Source of the DNA: Candidatus Latescibacterota bacterium
GTDB taxonomy: Bacteria; Latescibacterota; UBA2968; GCA-2709665
Direction of reading: 5' to 3'
NCBI GenBank assembly: GCA_965219995.1
Contig: CBDCOX010000002.1
Location: forward strand, 1,551,397 to 1,615,396
Length of the DNA stretch: 64,000 nucleotides
The position numbers and the translations under genes were made by a program. Positions 48,298 through 56,807 of this stretch are shown here, piece after piece. How positions within the stretch are numbered: position 1 is the stretch's first letter; each line of letters opens with the position of its first letter. Below the pieces are notes generated by a model. It saw only the letters and a program-made list of their open reading frames with translations, had not been told where the DNA came from and searched no databases.

Positions 48298-48537
48298 TTA
48301 ATCATTTCCGCCGATCGTTACATCGTTCGTGCCCTGCACCCAGCCCTGTACCAACGGCAGTTTCATACGAGCCATCGGGGCGGCGTCGGTAGTGTCACGG
48401 ATCGCCCCAGTCAGGCCACCCATGATCGGCATAATGGAGCCACCTGGCCTACTGTTCGTCCAGCAGTGCGTACAGGGTTGAATTCCATCCGCCAATCGTA
48501 CCGAGCCGACCATTGTCTCAATTGGAGTTCGACTCAA
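48298..48537 (-). CDS. hypothetical small protein (79 aa)
   Basis: ORF overlapping the upstream small ORF by 4 nt; no family recognised. Confidence 0.35.
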   Translation of the reverse strand: MSRTPIETMVGSVRLADGIQPCTHCWTNSRPGGSIMPIMGGLTGAIRDTTDAAPMARMKLPLVQGWVQGTNDVTIGGND

Positions 48538-48776
48538 TCAATGTCCCGGATCGTTGCGGAAGCAGTGGACACTTTCTTGAGTACCTCAGTTAGCTCCAAC
48601 GCGTCGGACTCATAGGCGACCCATAGGCAGTGTTCGCCCAGTCTCGGGATGGCGAACCACCGCTGCGTCTCTGGGCAATCGATTTCGTCTATCTTCTCAG
48701 CACTCTCGAGTATTGTGACATCGGGCCTTGTCAGAGGAAACGGATGATTTGCTATCATACCGTTTTCGAGAATCAT
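48534..48776 (-). CDS. hypothetical small acidic protein (80 aa)
   Basis: ORF translationally coupled (4-nt overlap) to 48298..48537. Confidence 0.4.
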   Translation of the reverse strand: MILENGMIANHPFPLTRPDVTILESAEKIDEIDCPETQRWFAIPRLGEHCLWVAYESDALELTEVLKKVSTASATIRDID

Positions 48777-48962
48777 GGCTTTCTCTCGGATGACTTGGCG
48801 AAACTTCAGGCCACTTCACACGTTGCGAAATTTGTACTCGTGACAAGGCACAAGACATTTGTGCGGCCGCGACGCCCGCGCTCGCCGGTTTGAGGGGTCG
48901 GGATGGTGTTGGTAACGCGGTCGTGGTGTTACATCTGAAGTTGGCGATTGCACTGAAACTTG

Positions 48963-49907
48963 CTATCTGGGTACCTCACCCAAGTTGTCGGAAACATCAA
49001 GACGATCGCTTACGCGTTGGGCCGCCATCGAAATCGCTTCGGCAACCGCTTGGGTGCCCTGCCCCGAGAGATTGGGGAATGCAGAGACGGCGAGGTAGCG
49101 ATCTAGGTGTCCCCACAAGTGTCGTAAGACTTCTTGGCCGTAGGTCGTTAGTGAGACTATGATGTCTGGAACCATGCAGAGTTCGTACCACATCAGTTCG
49201 AATTCGCTGAAAAATGGATCAGTTATCCTGCTACCCCAGCATTTGACAACACATCGATGGATGAATTCATAGGCTTCTGAGCCTATCGTTATGCCGCCAT
49301 TGTCCCCAGCCATTCTAACCACTTCCGCGACTCGACACAGACGCAACTCAAGATAAGTCGCAGAACGGTTGGTGCAGGCTAACAGAAATTCTATTCCGGA
49401 TATATGCCCTTGCCTAACTGGAAGGATCGCCTTCTGAAAGCCAAGGAGTGTGTCATCGACGGATGGGAGAACTGTATCGTCACGCGCCAGCTCTAAGAGA
49501 TCCTCTCGAGCACTTTTTTCGAAGTAGGAATCCCTACGCAGTAAAATTGGCCCTTCGTTCGCCAGCTGATGCTTGACCCTAGCATAGATCGTTAGATCCT
49601 CGGATGGATCGTGAAGAATGAGGACGACTGGAAGATTTAGGCGTTGCCAGTATCGCCTATGCCTCTTGCTTGGGTAGTACTTGACGTGCATTGAGTTACT
49701 TTGACGGAAGTAGCTTTCACCTGACTTGACCTGAACTGCGATAATGGATCCCGTACTGACTGCAGACTCGGGCGCAAGGAATTCGACCTGTCCGTCGATT
49801 CCCAGATCGGAGCTTGGCGTAGCGCGCCATATCGCGTCCATCTCCGCACAGACAGAGTGGACTTTCGCAAGCCCTCTATGTTCTTGAGTAACATTGCTGG
49901 GCCGCAA
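48963..49907 (-). CDS. DUF4365 (restriction-endonuclease-like) domain protein
   Basis: N-terminus SDLGIDGQVEFL..GSIIAVQVKSGESYF matches the DUF4365 pattern; ~200-aa uncharacterised C-terminal domain. Confidence 0.55.
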   Translation of the reverse strand: MRPSNVTQEHRGLAKVHSVCAEMDAIWRATPSSDLGIDGQVEFLAPESAVSTGSIIAVQVKSGESYFRQSNSMHVKYYPSKRHRRYWQRLNLPVVLILHDPSEDLTIYARVKHQLANEGPILLRRDSYFEKSAREDLLELARDDTVLPSVDDTLLGFQKAILPVRQGHISGIEFLLACTNRSATYLELRLCRVAEVVRMAGDNGGITIGSEAYEFIHRCVVKCWGSRITDPFFSEFELMWYELCMVPDIIVSLTTYGQEVLRHLWGHLDRYLAVSAFPNLSGQGTQAVAEAISMAAQRVSDRLDVSDNLGEVPR

Positions 49908-50044
49908 AGGGTGAAGATCCTTGTTTTAATGGTGGGCGCTGCTTAGCAGAATCGGACAACCCTCCAAGCTCCAGCCACATACCGTTCTCGCCAATTTTAG
50001 GTGACGTCCCGCGCACTTGCGAACTCAGGTCTTTCAGCGCTTTG

Positions 50045-50449
50045 TCATGTTTTTTTTAACTCTGCTATTACTTCGTTGATATAGCGCAGTCTAAATCTTT
50101 CAAATCTATCAAGAACATAACAATCAATTGGTCTTACCTCATATGAAGGCATCCTTAGGAGTTCATCGAGCAACTGATCTCTGCTTGCAAGGAATAGCTT
50201 CCCATACAGATAGCCATATACACACGATTTCGCTAGGTGTTCATCGTAAAGGAATTCATAATTGGGATTGAATTTGATTTTTTCCTTGATTTCTTTGCAG
50301 TAGTTTTCTGCGTCTTGGGCACGAAAACGGTATATGCTGCTGATTTGATCTTTGTCCCATTGTTCCATCGTGAAGTTCCTTTCTTCTTCAATGGAATTGT
50401 TCCGCTGCGAGAAGGGATAGAAGCTGCGAACCTTCCCCTCCACGGACAT
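50045..50449 (-). CDS. hypothetical protein, AT-rich orphan
   Basis: 134-aa ORF in the most AT-rich stretch of the window; Lys/Glu/Tyr-rich; no family recognised. Confidence 0.45.
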   Translation of the reverse strand: MSVEGKVRSFYPFSQRNNSIEEERNFTMEQWDKDQISSIYRFRAQDAENYCKEIKEKIKFNPNYEFLYDEHLAKSCVYGYLYGKLFLASRDQLLDELLRMPSYEVRPIDCYVLDRFERFRLRYINEVIAELKKT

Positions 50450-50473
50450 TCCGACTGTTTCGGGACGCTCCCC

Positions 50474-50556
50474 GATGATAGCGACTACAGCGAAGATCGG
50501 CGGTTTGTGTCAGGACGAAATTACGATGGGTTGCAGCAGCAACAGGCTGTTACATT
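50474..50556 (-). repeat. family A-related attC-like element (A8; homologous to A6)
   Basis: Minus strand starts ATGTAAC-AGCCT-GTTGCTGCTGCAACCC; contains ACAGCGAAG..GGCGGTTTG; left boundary uncertain. Confidence 0.4.
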
Positions 50557-50589
50557 ACGATGATTTCCAATCGATACAAACGGAGTCTT

Positions 50590-51201
50590 TCAAGTTTGCC
50601 CCACCTTCTGCGCTTCGATCAGGAATCTCCTTGCTGTGAACGCCAACTCATCGTCGCTATCAAGTCGGTGTTCTAGCCCCATCAGCGGCAGGCACGTCTG
50701 AAAGTCCAGGTCATCTTTCGAACGAGGATTCTTGGATTTGTACAGAAGTCGAACCTCAATCCGTATACAGGGAACACTCCTGTATGCAACGATCAAGTCT
50801 CCTCGTTGCCCGTCATTCAGCCTGCTGCGCTTGCTGAAACACCCGGCGCCTTCGCCTTCAGTCAACATGATCTGAAGCTGCCACGCCTGTATGCCGGTAT
50901 GGCCCCAGATGTCATGTATCCCGTACGGCGAGTATTCTGACTCCGCCCACGGCCGCAATGAGCCGGATGGATCGGCCGCGTACAGATGCCAATCCGAGAG
51001 CCAGCGCTGTACGTCGATTTGCTGATCGCGAAACACGATGACGTCGATATCACCGTGGTCCCGAAAACGCTTTCCCACGAACTGCTCAACCGCATAGCCA
51101 CCGGCGAGTCCCCACAGGAAAGGAGCGCCAACGAACAATTGCGTCATTTCCCGGACGGATAGAGGCTGCCAATTGCTGTAGGGAATCTCAGGAGTGGTCA
51201 T
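50590..51201 (-). CDS. chimeric nucleotidyltransferase: NTase body plus tail of the methyltransferase gene
   Basis: aa 1-170 are co-linear with 42287..42895. The last ~30 aa (LEHRLDSDDELAFTARRFLIEAQKVGQT) match the C-terminus of 45301..46068 (LQHRLDGGDELTFTARKFLIEAQKERPT), and so does the 3' flank. Confidence 0.6.
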   Translation of the reverse strand: MTTPEIPYSNWQPLSVREMTQLFVGAPFLWGLAGGYAVEQFVGKRFRDHGDIDVIVFRDQQIDVQRWLSDWHLYAADPSGSLRPWAESEYSPYGIHDIWGHTGIQAWQLQIMLTEGEGAGCFSKRSRLNDGQRGDLIVAYRSVPCIRIEVRLLYKSKNPRSKDDLDFQTCLPLMGLEHRLDSDDELAFTARRFLIEAQKVGQT

Positions 51202-51231
51202 AAAGTTCGCATTCTGCGCGTGAAAGATGTC

Positions 51232-51323
51232 CGCTAACGTGACTCACGATATGCGATCCTGTGAAGCAGGTTGCCGAGGGCCAAGCCGCCGAAGGCGGCG
51301 AAGCGCAAACCAACGCGTTAGAA
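51232..51323 (-). repeat. family A attC-like imperfect palindrome (A4)
   Basis: Minus strand: TTCTAAC-GCGTT-GGTTTGCG-..GCCGCC TTC GGCGGC..-CGCATATC-GTGAGTCAC-GTTAGCG. Confidence 0.6.
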
Positions 51324-51339
51324 GACGTGCGTAAAGCAT

Positions 51340-52111
51340 CTATACGGCAAGCGAGTCGTAATTCTCATTAAGCCACGTGTTTTCTTCTTCCAGTTCCGCA
51401 AGATCCCCACGCTGGTAGAAGATGGACCAGGGGAGGAGTCCTTGCCTGCCCAGAGTCTCGGTCCTTCGGTACTCTTCCAGTTGCAGCTCGTTCAAGGTGT
51501 CTAAAATCGCGTTGGCGTCCGTGCCGAACGTGTCAGAAACGACTGCTAACCTGGACCTGAAATCCGGCTCTTCGGAAAATCCAGCCTCTCTCCAGTGGTC
51601 TTCGCCTCGGAGAGGCACCGCGTACCAGGCAAAACTGGCTGACATCGCAGAGAGGATCACCTGGTTCAGCGAAATCCCAGTCGATTACTCCTTTGAAGGT
51701 TCGCCCTTCCCAGACAGTATTCCAGGGTCCAAGATCCCCGTGTCGGATGGTCATCCCCGGTTGCCAGTTCACATTGGGAACAACCCATTCAGCATCCTCG
51801 GGAGGCTCGAAATCCCTCACTGCATCGTGATATCCGGACAGGAATCGCGCGACCTCAGCCAGGCCCTCTTCCTCAAGCATCACGTCCGGCCAAGGTCGCC
51901 GGGCAACCTCGCCAGGTATAAACGAAAGCACCTCGCGCCCGAGTTCGTCGAATCCGAGGGCACGAGGAACACCTGAAAAGCCAACCGCCTCCAGGTAGCG
52001 CAGCAAGGAATGGACGGCCGGAGTCCACCGATGGACAGGTCTGCGCACGGTGTCTCCAATCCGCACAACGGGATTGACACAACCCCGGGCGGATTCGCCC
52101 TCTTGCATCAT
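51340..52111 (-). pseudogene. APH-like phosphotransferase, frameshifted
   Basis: 51533..52111 carries the N-lobe and catalytic loop (TIRHGDLGPWNTVW, VIDWDFAEPGDPLCDV). The family-typical continuation SASFAWYAVPLRGEDHW is in another frame (51340..51660); the shift is near 51640-51650. Confidence 0.6.
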
Positions 52112-52150
52112 CGTCAGATCCTCCCGAGCCTGATAAGTGATTACCGCCCT

Positions 52151-52864
52151 TCAGGCCGGTGTTCCGCGCCAGAAATCGTTGTACGCCGCCAGGGGCCCGT
52201 CCCCGTGCGGCCCGGTAGCCAGATCCAGCCCCCCAAAGAGATAGACGGACTCGCCCCCCACTGCCATAACGGGGATTCGCCTGACACCGGGACGTTCGGC
52301 GCCGGCAGAGTAGTCCTTCGCACCGTTGTGTGGATACAGACAGTCCCACCGGCCGGCACGAAGATCGTACTGCCACAGATCGTTCAGCTGGGGGTGCTCC
52401 CCTTTCCCTCCTGCAAATCCTCCGAACAGATACAGGTGATCTCCGATTACAGCGTGTCCCAGCCCGTACCGAGGGGAAGGCCGCGTTACATCATCCGCCC
52501 GGTTCTCCTGAATGCAGGTCCAGGCGCCTTTGTCGGGATCGAATTCCCACAGATCGTTGAAGAACTCCGGCGTTCGCCCCTGACTGTCCCGACCGCCCCA
52601 CAGGTAGAGCCTGCCGTTCCAGCCGGCAAGCACGGGACAGTATCGTTTCGGCGGCCAACCGTCGCGCCCATTCGATGCAGGCCCCAGGTACTCCCATCTC
52701 CCGGCCGGTGCCCCGTAGGTCCACAGCTGTGCGTGCGTCATCGCGCCATGCCCCCCCATCAGATACAGGGAGTCGCCCAGAGCAACCGCCCCCATCCCGC
52801 CGTACCCGGCGGGGCGATGCCCCTCCGCCGCAATTCCTGATGCGCGCCCGTCGTCGGGCTCTAA
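52151..52864 (-). pseudogene. Kelch-repeat protein, C-terminal part (split by IS)
   Basis: Kelch blades (LYLMGG, RLYLWGGRD..FNDLWEFD, HLYLFGG..LNDLWQYD, VYLFGG). The frame continues from 54418..54835 once the IS and one CTAA copy are removed (..WELL|EPDDGRASG..). Confidence 0.8.
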
Positions 52865-54417
52865 CCTCAATGTGAAATAAATCAGGCTGCATTCTGTAGT
52901 GCGTTGCAGATTTTGCGGTATTGTTTTTCGGTGTGCTTGTTGCGTTGGAGACGCAGGGTAAGCCGCCCTTCGGGTCGGATAAGGTGTCCGGCGCGGTTGA
53001 TGATCTCGAACCGGAGGGTGCGTATGGATTTGAGGGGCCATCGGTTGGTATTTTTCAAGGTGCGATTGCGTTGTGTCAGTCCGGTTTCGATCTGGAAGTT
53101 GACCAGGAGGTTGTGCGCGAGAATGACGAACTGTTGCCAGGCACTATTGGCGTTGTAATCGTGTGTGGGGATGGTATCGAAGCTGAGACCGGTCTTGAGT
53201 TCCCCGATGGCTTTTTCGTGCATGCCGCGCCCTGCCATGAAGCGCCAGAGCGCGCGCAACTTGAAGGGTAGATTGCTGGCCACGGCAGAGTATTCGAAGG
53301 TGCCGTCATCGGGATCGAACAGGTCCAACTGGTAATTCTTGCGGGTTTTATGGAAGACGCGTTTTCGAAAGATGGCAATGTTGAGGGTGCGTTCCCATTT
53401 TTTGACCGTCAGCGTTGACGGAAAGCCGTCGACGCCTTTCTCGATGCGCTGCCAGTTGCTGCATTGACGGATTTTGTGCTGTAAGTCCAGGCCATTCCAA
53501 AAGGGAACCTTGATGGCATACGAGGCCTTGTTCTTGATAAGCGTGTTCACCACATCCTCTTTGAAAAAGTCGCCATCCATGCGGAATCGCAGGGAGTAGG
53601 CGTGTCCCAGGCTTTCTTTGATCTGAGAGAACACATCCTTTAGAAACTCGATGGAGGCGCTGCCATCGTTGATGTTGCCGGGCCGGTTGTGCGCGCGGAG
53701 AAAATGACCACTGTCGGCCAGATAAGCGGTAATCGGATAGTAACTGGGGACTTTGCGATGATGCGGATTATACCCACGGCGGGCGCCGTCGACGCGTTTG
53801 CCCGTGCACAAGACGGTGCCGTCCACGTCGATCGTCAATTTTCGTGCGCGCAACAACTTGATCTTATGAGCAACCACGGCGGCGTTGAGGGCTTTCAGGG
53901 CGTCGAGACCCTTGTCGGTAAACCGTCTCAGAAACAGGCTCATGCTGCGGGGCGTCGGTAGATCCTTCAGACCGCAGAACCGCTGCAGCAGGGGATCTCC
54001 TTTCAAGAAATCCAGATGCCGCAACCGACGGCCGCCTACCACCAGCAAACCCAACAGAACACGGGAAAGGCTCACCACACCGAAGTCGCCGCCAAAGCAC
54101 GCACTGCCCAGGTGACGGCGCAATTGTCTGTTCCAATCGATGGTTCGCAAATACCGCATCAACAGCTCCAAACCCGCATACGAGGTGAGGCCTTCACCCG
54201 TGAATTCGATCTTCAAATCGTCGTTGACACGCGCGTGCAAATCCGCTTTCTTTCGTCTCACTGTACGTGGCCTTTCGTTTTGGGTGAATTGGGGGTTTCG
54301 TCGCTTCCCAATATACCAAAATGGAAGGCCTTTTCCTATTGATAAATATAGACTTATTCGTGTTTTCGCCTGGTCTTCAATGCTCCGAATTTCATCAACA
54401 TTATTTTCGCATTGAGG
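52865..54417 (-). mobile_element. IS1380-family insertion sequence (1553 bp)
   Basis: Inverted ends CCTCAATGTGAAATAAATC and (reverse complement) CCTCAATGCGAAAATAATG; 4-bp direct repeat CTAA at 52861-52864 and 54418-54421; single transposase ORF. Confidence 0.85.
52882..54261 (-). CDS. IS1380-family DDE transposase
   Basis: 459-aa ORF; N-terminal LTSYAGLELL, TIDVDGTVL..GARRGYNPHH, LRFRMDGDFF, RGMHEKAIGELK: same layout as IS1380/ISEcp1-type transposases. Confidence 0.85.
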   Translation of the reverse strand: MRRKKADLHARVNDDLKIEFTGEGLTSYAGLELLMRYLRTIDWNRQLRRHLGSACFGGDFGVVSLSRVLLGLLVVGGRRLRHLDFLKGDPLLQRFCGLKDLPTPRSMSLFLRRFTDKGLDALKALNAAVVAHKIKLLRARKLTIDVDGTVLCTGKRVDGARRGYNPHHRKVPSYYPITAYLADSGHFLRAHNRPGNINDGSASIEFLKDVFSQIKESLGHAYSLRFRMDGDFFKEDVVNTLIKNKASYAIKVPFWNGLDLQHKIRQCSNWQRIEKGVDGFPSTLTVKKWERTLNIAIFRKRVFHKTRKNYQLDLFDPDDGTFEYSAVASNLPFKLRALWRFMAGRGMHEKAIGELKTGLSFDTIPTHDYNANSAWQQFVILAHNLLVNFQIETGLTQRNRTLKNTNRWPLKSIRTLRFEIINRAGHLIRPEGRLTLRLQRNKHTEKQYRKICNALQNAA

Positions 54418-54835
54418 CTAACAGCTCCCACGAGGCTGTCTTCGGATCATAGGCCCAGAGATCGTTCAGCTTGATCTCCCCCTTTCCGGGCCCACGCACC
54501 GAGGACCCGCCGAAAAGGTAAAGCCTGCCGTTCATTGGCAGCCAGGTCGTGAGCTTCCGGGTGCACGGTCTGGTATCGGACGGTCTGAACCCGATGCGCC
54601 CATTGTGGTCTTCCAACCGCGTCCACCGGCCTCGACCCGGGTCGTAGCGCCACAGGTCGTTCAATGAGCCCTGGACGGAAAGATCTCCAGGCCCTTTCGG
54701 CCGGCCGTACATCACTTTTATCCCGCCGAACAGGTAGACGCATCCATTGTAGCTCAACATCCCGCCGAAGGCCGCCCGCCTGCAGGGTACATCCTCGGCC
54801 TGCTCCTGGTCCGGATACAGCAGTTCCCACTTCAT
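54418..54835 (-). pseudogene. Kelch-repeat protein, N-terminal part (split by IS)
   Basis: MKWELLYPDQ.. with blades VYLFGG..LNDLWRYD, RLYLFGG..LNDLWAYD; the reading frame runs into the IS end. Confidence 0.8.
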
Positions 54836-54959
54836 AGTGGACCTCCGCACCGCCTGACTTGTGATTCTGCGGAGAAAGTTCGGCATATTCCATTCGTAGC
54901 CGATCCCCGAGTCGGCGAAGCGACGAGTCCCGCAGATAAGTCCCGCAACGGGCGCATGC

Positions 54960-56336
54960 CTACCTGCTGAACGCGTCGGGCCTGCTGGATTCCGAGGGCC
55001 AGTACCCGTCGCGGCTCGGGTGCCAGCGCTTGCCGCACAGGTCGGAGATCACGCTCCATTCGGGGGCGCTCAGATCAGGGTCCGGCTGGAACAGGAAGCG
55101 CTGCAGGCCGGCCCGCTCGGAGGCGGTCAGGATGCCGTGCAGGTCGCGGGCGGTCATGGGCTCGCCCCCGTGCGGACGGCGCCCCGTCGATACCCAGGCG
55201 ATCACCTTGTTCACATCCCCGATGGCCTCCAGCGCTCGGCGCGTCTCGTTGTACACCAGCTCCGAGAAGAACTCCTCGGGGAACCCCAGTTCCATGTCCG
55301 CCAGGGTCTGCACCCCGGGAAGCTCCAGCCCCAGGAAGGCCTTGACCACGGCGAAGCCGTCTGCCTCCAACAGGGTCGGGTTCCAGTCCAGGACCTGCTG
55401 CACCCAGCGGGCCATGGTGCCGTAGAGGCCGTCATTCCCGCGGTGCCAGAAGTAGTGCTTGGGGAAGACGTAGTCGAAGTACTCCGCCATCTCGCCAAAT
55501 TCGTGCCCGGTCAGTGACGAGAAAGCGGCGGTGCGCGGAATGCCCCCCAGCTCCACCTTCCCTCCCACTCTCTGCATCTGCGCGTGCACGGCGTGCATGA
55601 ACCCCCGCGCCGCTTCGCGGCGGGCGCGCAGCCAGTACAGGGCATCCTCGTTCAGGTCGAACAGGTTCAGTGCCCCCAGCATGCCGCCGGACGCGTGGTA
55701 GCGCACCAGATCCGGAGTCAGGTTGTGGAAACGCTCGTTCAGGTGCGCCATGCCGCGGGCGACGCGCTCCACATCGGCGCCGATGGCTTCCAGGCGGTGC
55801 CGCATGCGACCGTCCAGTTCCAGTAGGGCCTGACCCCGATGGAAGGCAAGTTCGTAGAAGGTCTCACCGGGCTGGTCCAGGATGACGCCGTGGGCCTGGG
55901 GATAGGCACTGGCCAGGTCGTGCACCCCGGCGGCCACCTCGATGGCCCCGAAAGGGTCCTCCTCCTCGGCCAGGCCGCTGGTGGTACCCTGGCCCCGCTG
56001 GTAGAGCAGCCGGAGCCCGTCTCTGGAGTCGAAGATCATGATGTGCCAGCCCCGGGAGGCGGCGTTGTCGAGGAGCGCGTGGAGCTGCTTCTCCCTCTCG
56101 GGGGTGCGGGCCGTTTCCGGGGGCGGCTTGATGCCGAACGCGGCGTACACCTTTGGGTCCGCCGCAAACGAGGGGGTGAGGGTGTCCCCCCACAACGGCA
56201 TGCCGGCCTCGTTCCTGAGCCACATCCGTCCCACCACGATGCCGCCCACCCCTCCCGCCTCCCACGCGTCGAAGATGCGCGGATAGTCGTCCAGCCAGCG
56301 CTCCAGGGGATTGTGCACGAAGATCCAGGGTACCAT
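54960..56336 (-). CDS. conserved hypothetical protein (458 aa), paralogue of 61622..62935
   Basis: Co-linear with the 437-aa ORF (..FDAWE.GGV.G..VGRM.., FPKHY.WHRG.DG.YGTM.RWV, VIAWVSTGRRPHGG.PM.ARDL); possibly TIM-barrel-like, no family recognised. Confidence 0.65.
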   Translation of the reverse strand: MVPWIFVHNPLERWLDDYPRIFDAWEAGGVGGIVVGRMWLRNEAGMPLWGDTLTPSFAADPKVYAAFGIKPPPETARTPEREKQLHALLDNAASRGWHIMIFDSRDGLRLLYQRGQGTTSGLAEEEDPFGAIEVAAGVHDLASAYPQAHGVILDQPGETFYELAFHRGQALLELDGRMRHRLEAIGADVERVARGMAHLNERFHNLTPDLVRYHASGGMLGALNLFDLNEDALYWLRARREAARGFMHAVHAQMQRVGGKVELGGIPRTAAFSSLTGHEFGEMAEYFDYVFPKHYFWHRGNDGLYGTMARWVQQVLDWNPTLLEADGFAVVKAFLGLELPGVQTLADMELGFPEEFFSELVYNETRRALEAIGDVNKVIAWVSTGRRPHGGEPMTARDLHGILTASERAGLQRFLFQPDPDLSAPEWSVISDLCGKRWHPSRDGYWPSESSRPDAFSR

Positions 56337-56456
56337 CGCGTCACCTCTCTCTGGGGTTACCCCAGTTTAGTGGACGGTTCCTTAACTGCACATTCAATGA
56401 GCATCCACAGCCACTTCGGTCTTCGCATGCAACTACGGAATCTCCTTTAAGAAATG

Positions 56457-56752
56457 CCCTGTCAGGCCGGTGCTCCGCGCCAGAAATCGTTGTACGCCGC
56501 CAGCGGCCCGTCCCCGCGCGGCCCGGTAGCCAGGTCGTGAGCTTCCGGGTACACGGTCTGGTATCGGACGGTCTGAACCCGATGCGCCCATCGTGGTCTT
56601 CCAACCGCGTCCACCGGCCTCGACGCGGGTCGTAGCGCCACAGGTCGTTCAATGAGCCCTGGCCGGATGCAGAAGTTCCCACTTCATCGTTGACCTCCGA
56701 ACGGTGTGACTTGTGATTCTGGGGTGAAAGTCCGGCGAATTCCATTGGTTGC
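56457..56752 (-). pseudogene. remnant of a second Kelch gene copy with two internal deletions
   Basis: 56457-56532 matches 52146-52222, 56529-56667 matches 54541-54680, and 56668-56752 matches 54815-54900 including the ATG. The junctions sit at AGCCAG and CTGG.CGGA microhomologies. Confidence 0.75.
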
Positions 56753-56807
56753 CAAAAACCCGATACAGTTTATTCGCGGCGGATGATTGTTGAACCCACA
56801 ATTGGCT

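Noticed and set aside
52882-54261. The only recombinase in the window considered as the integron integrase
   Set aside because: It is a DDE transposase of IS1380 type with its own inverted repeats and TSD, not a tyrosine recombinase. No intI candidate exists in these 64 kb.
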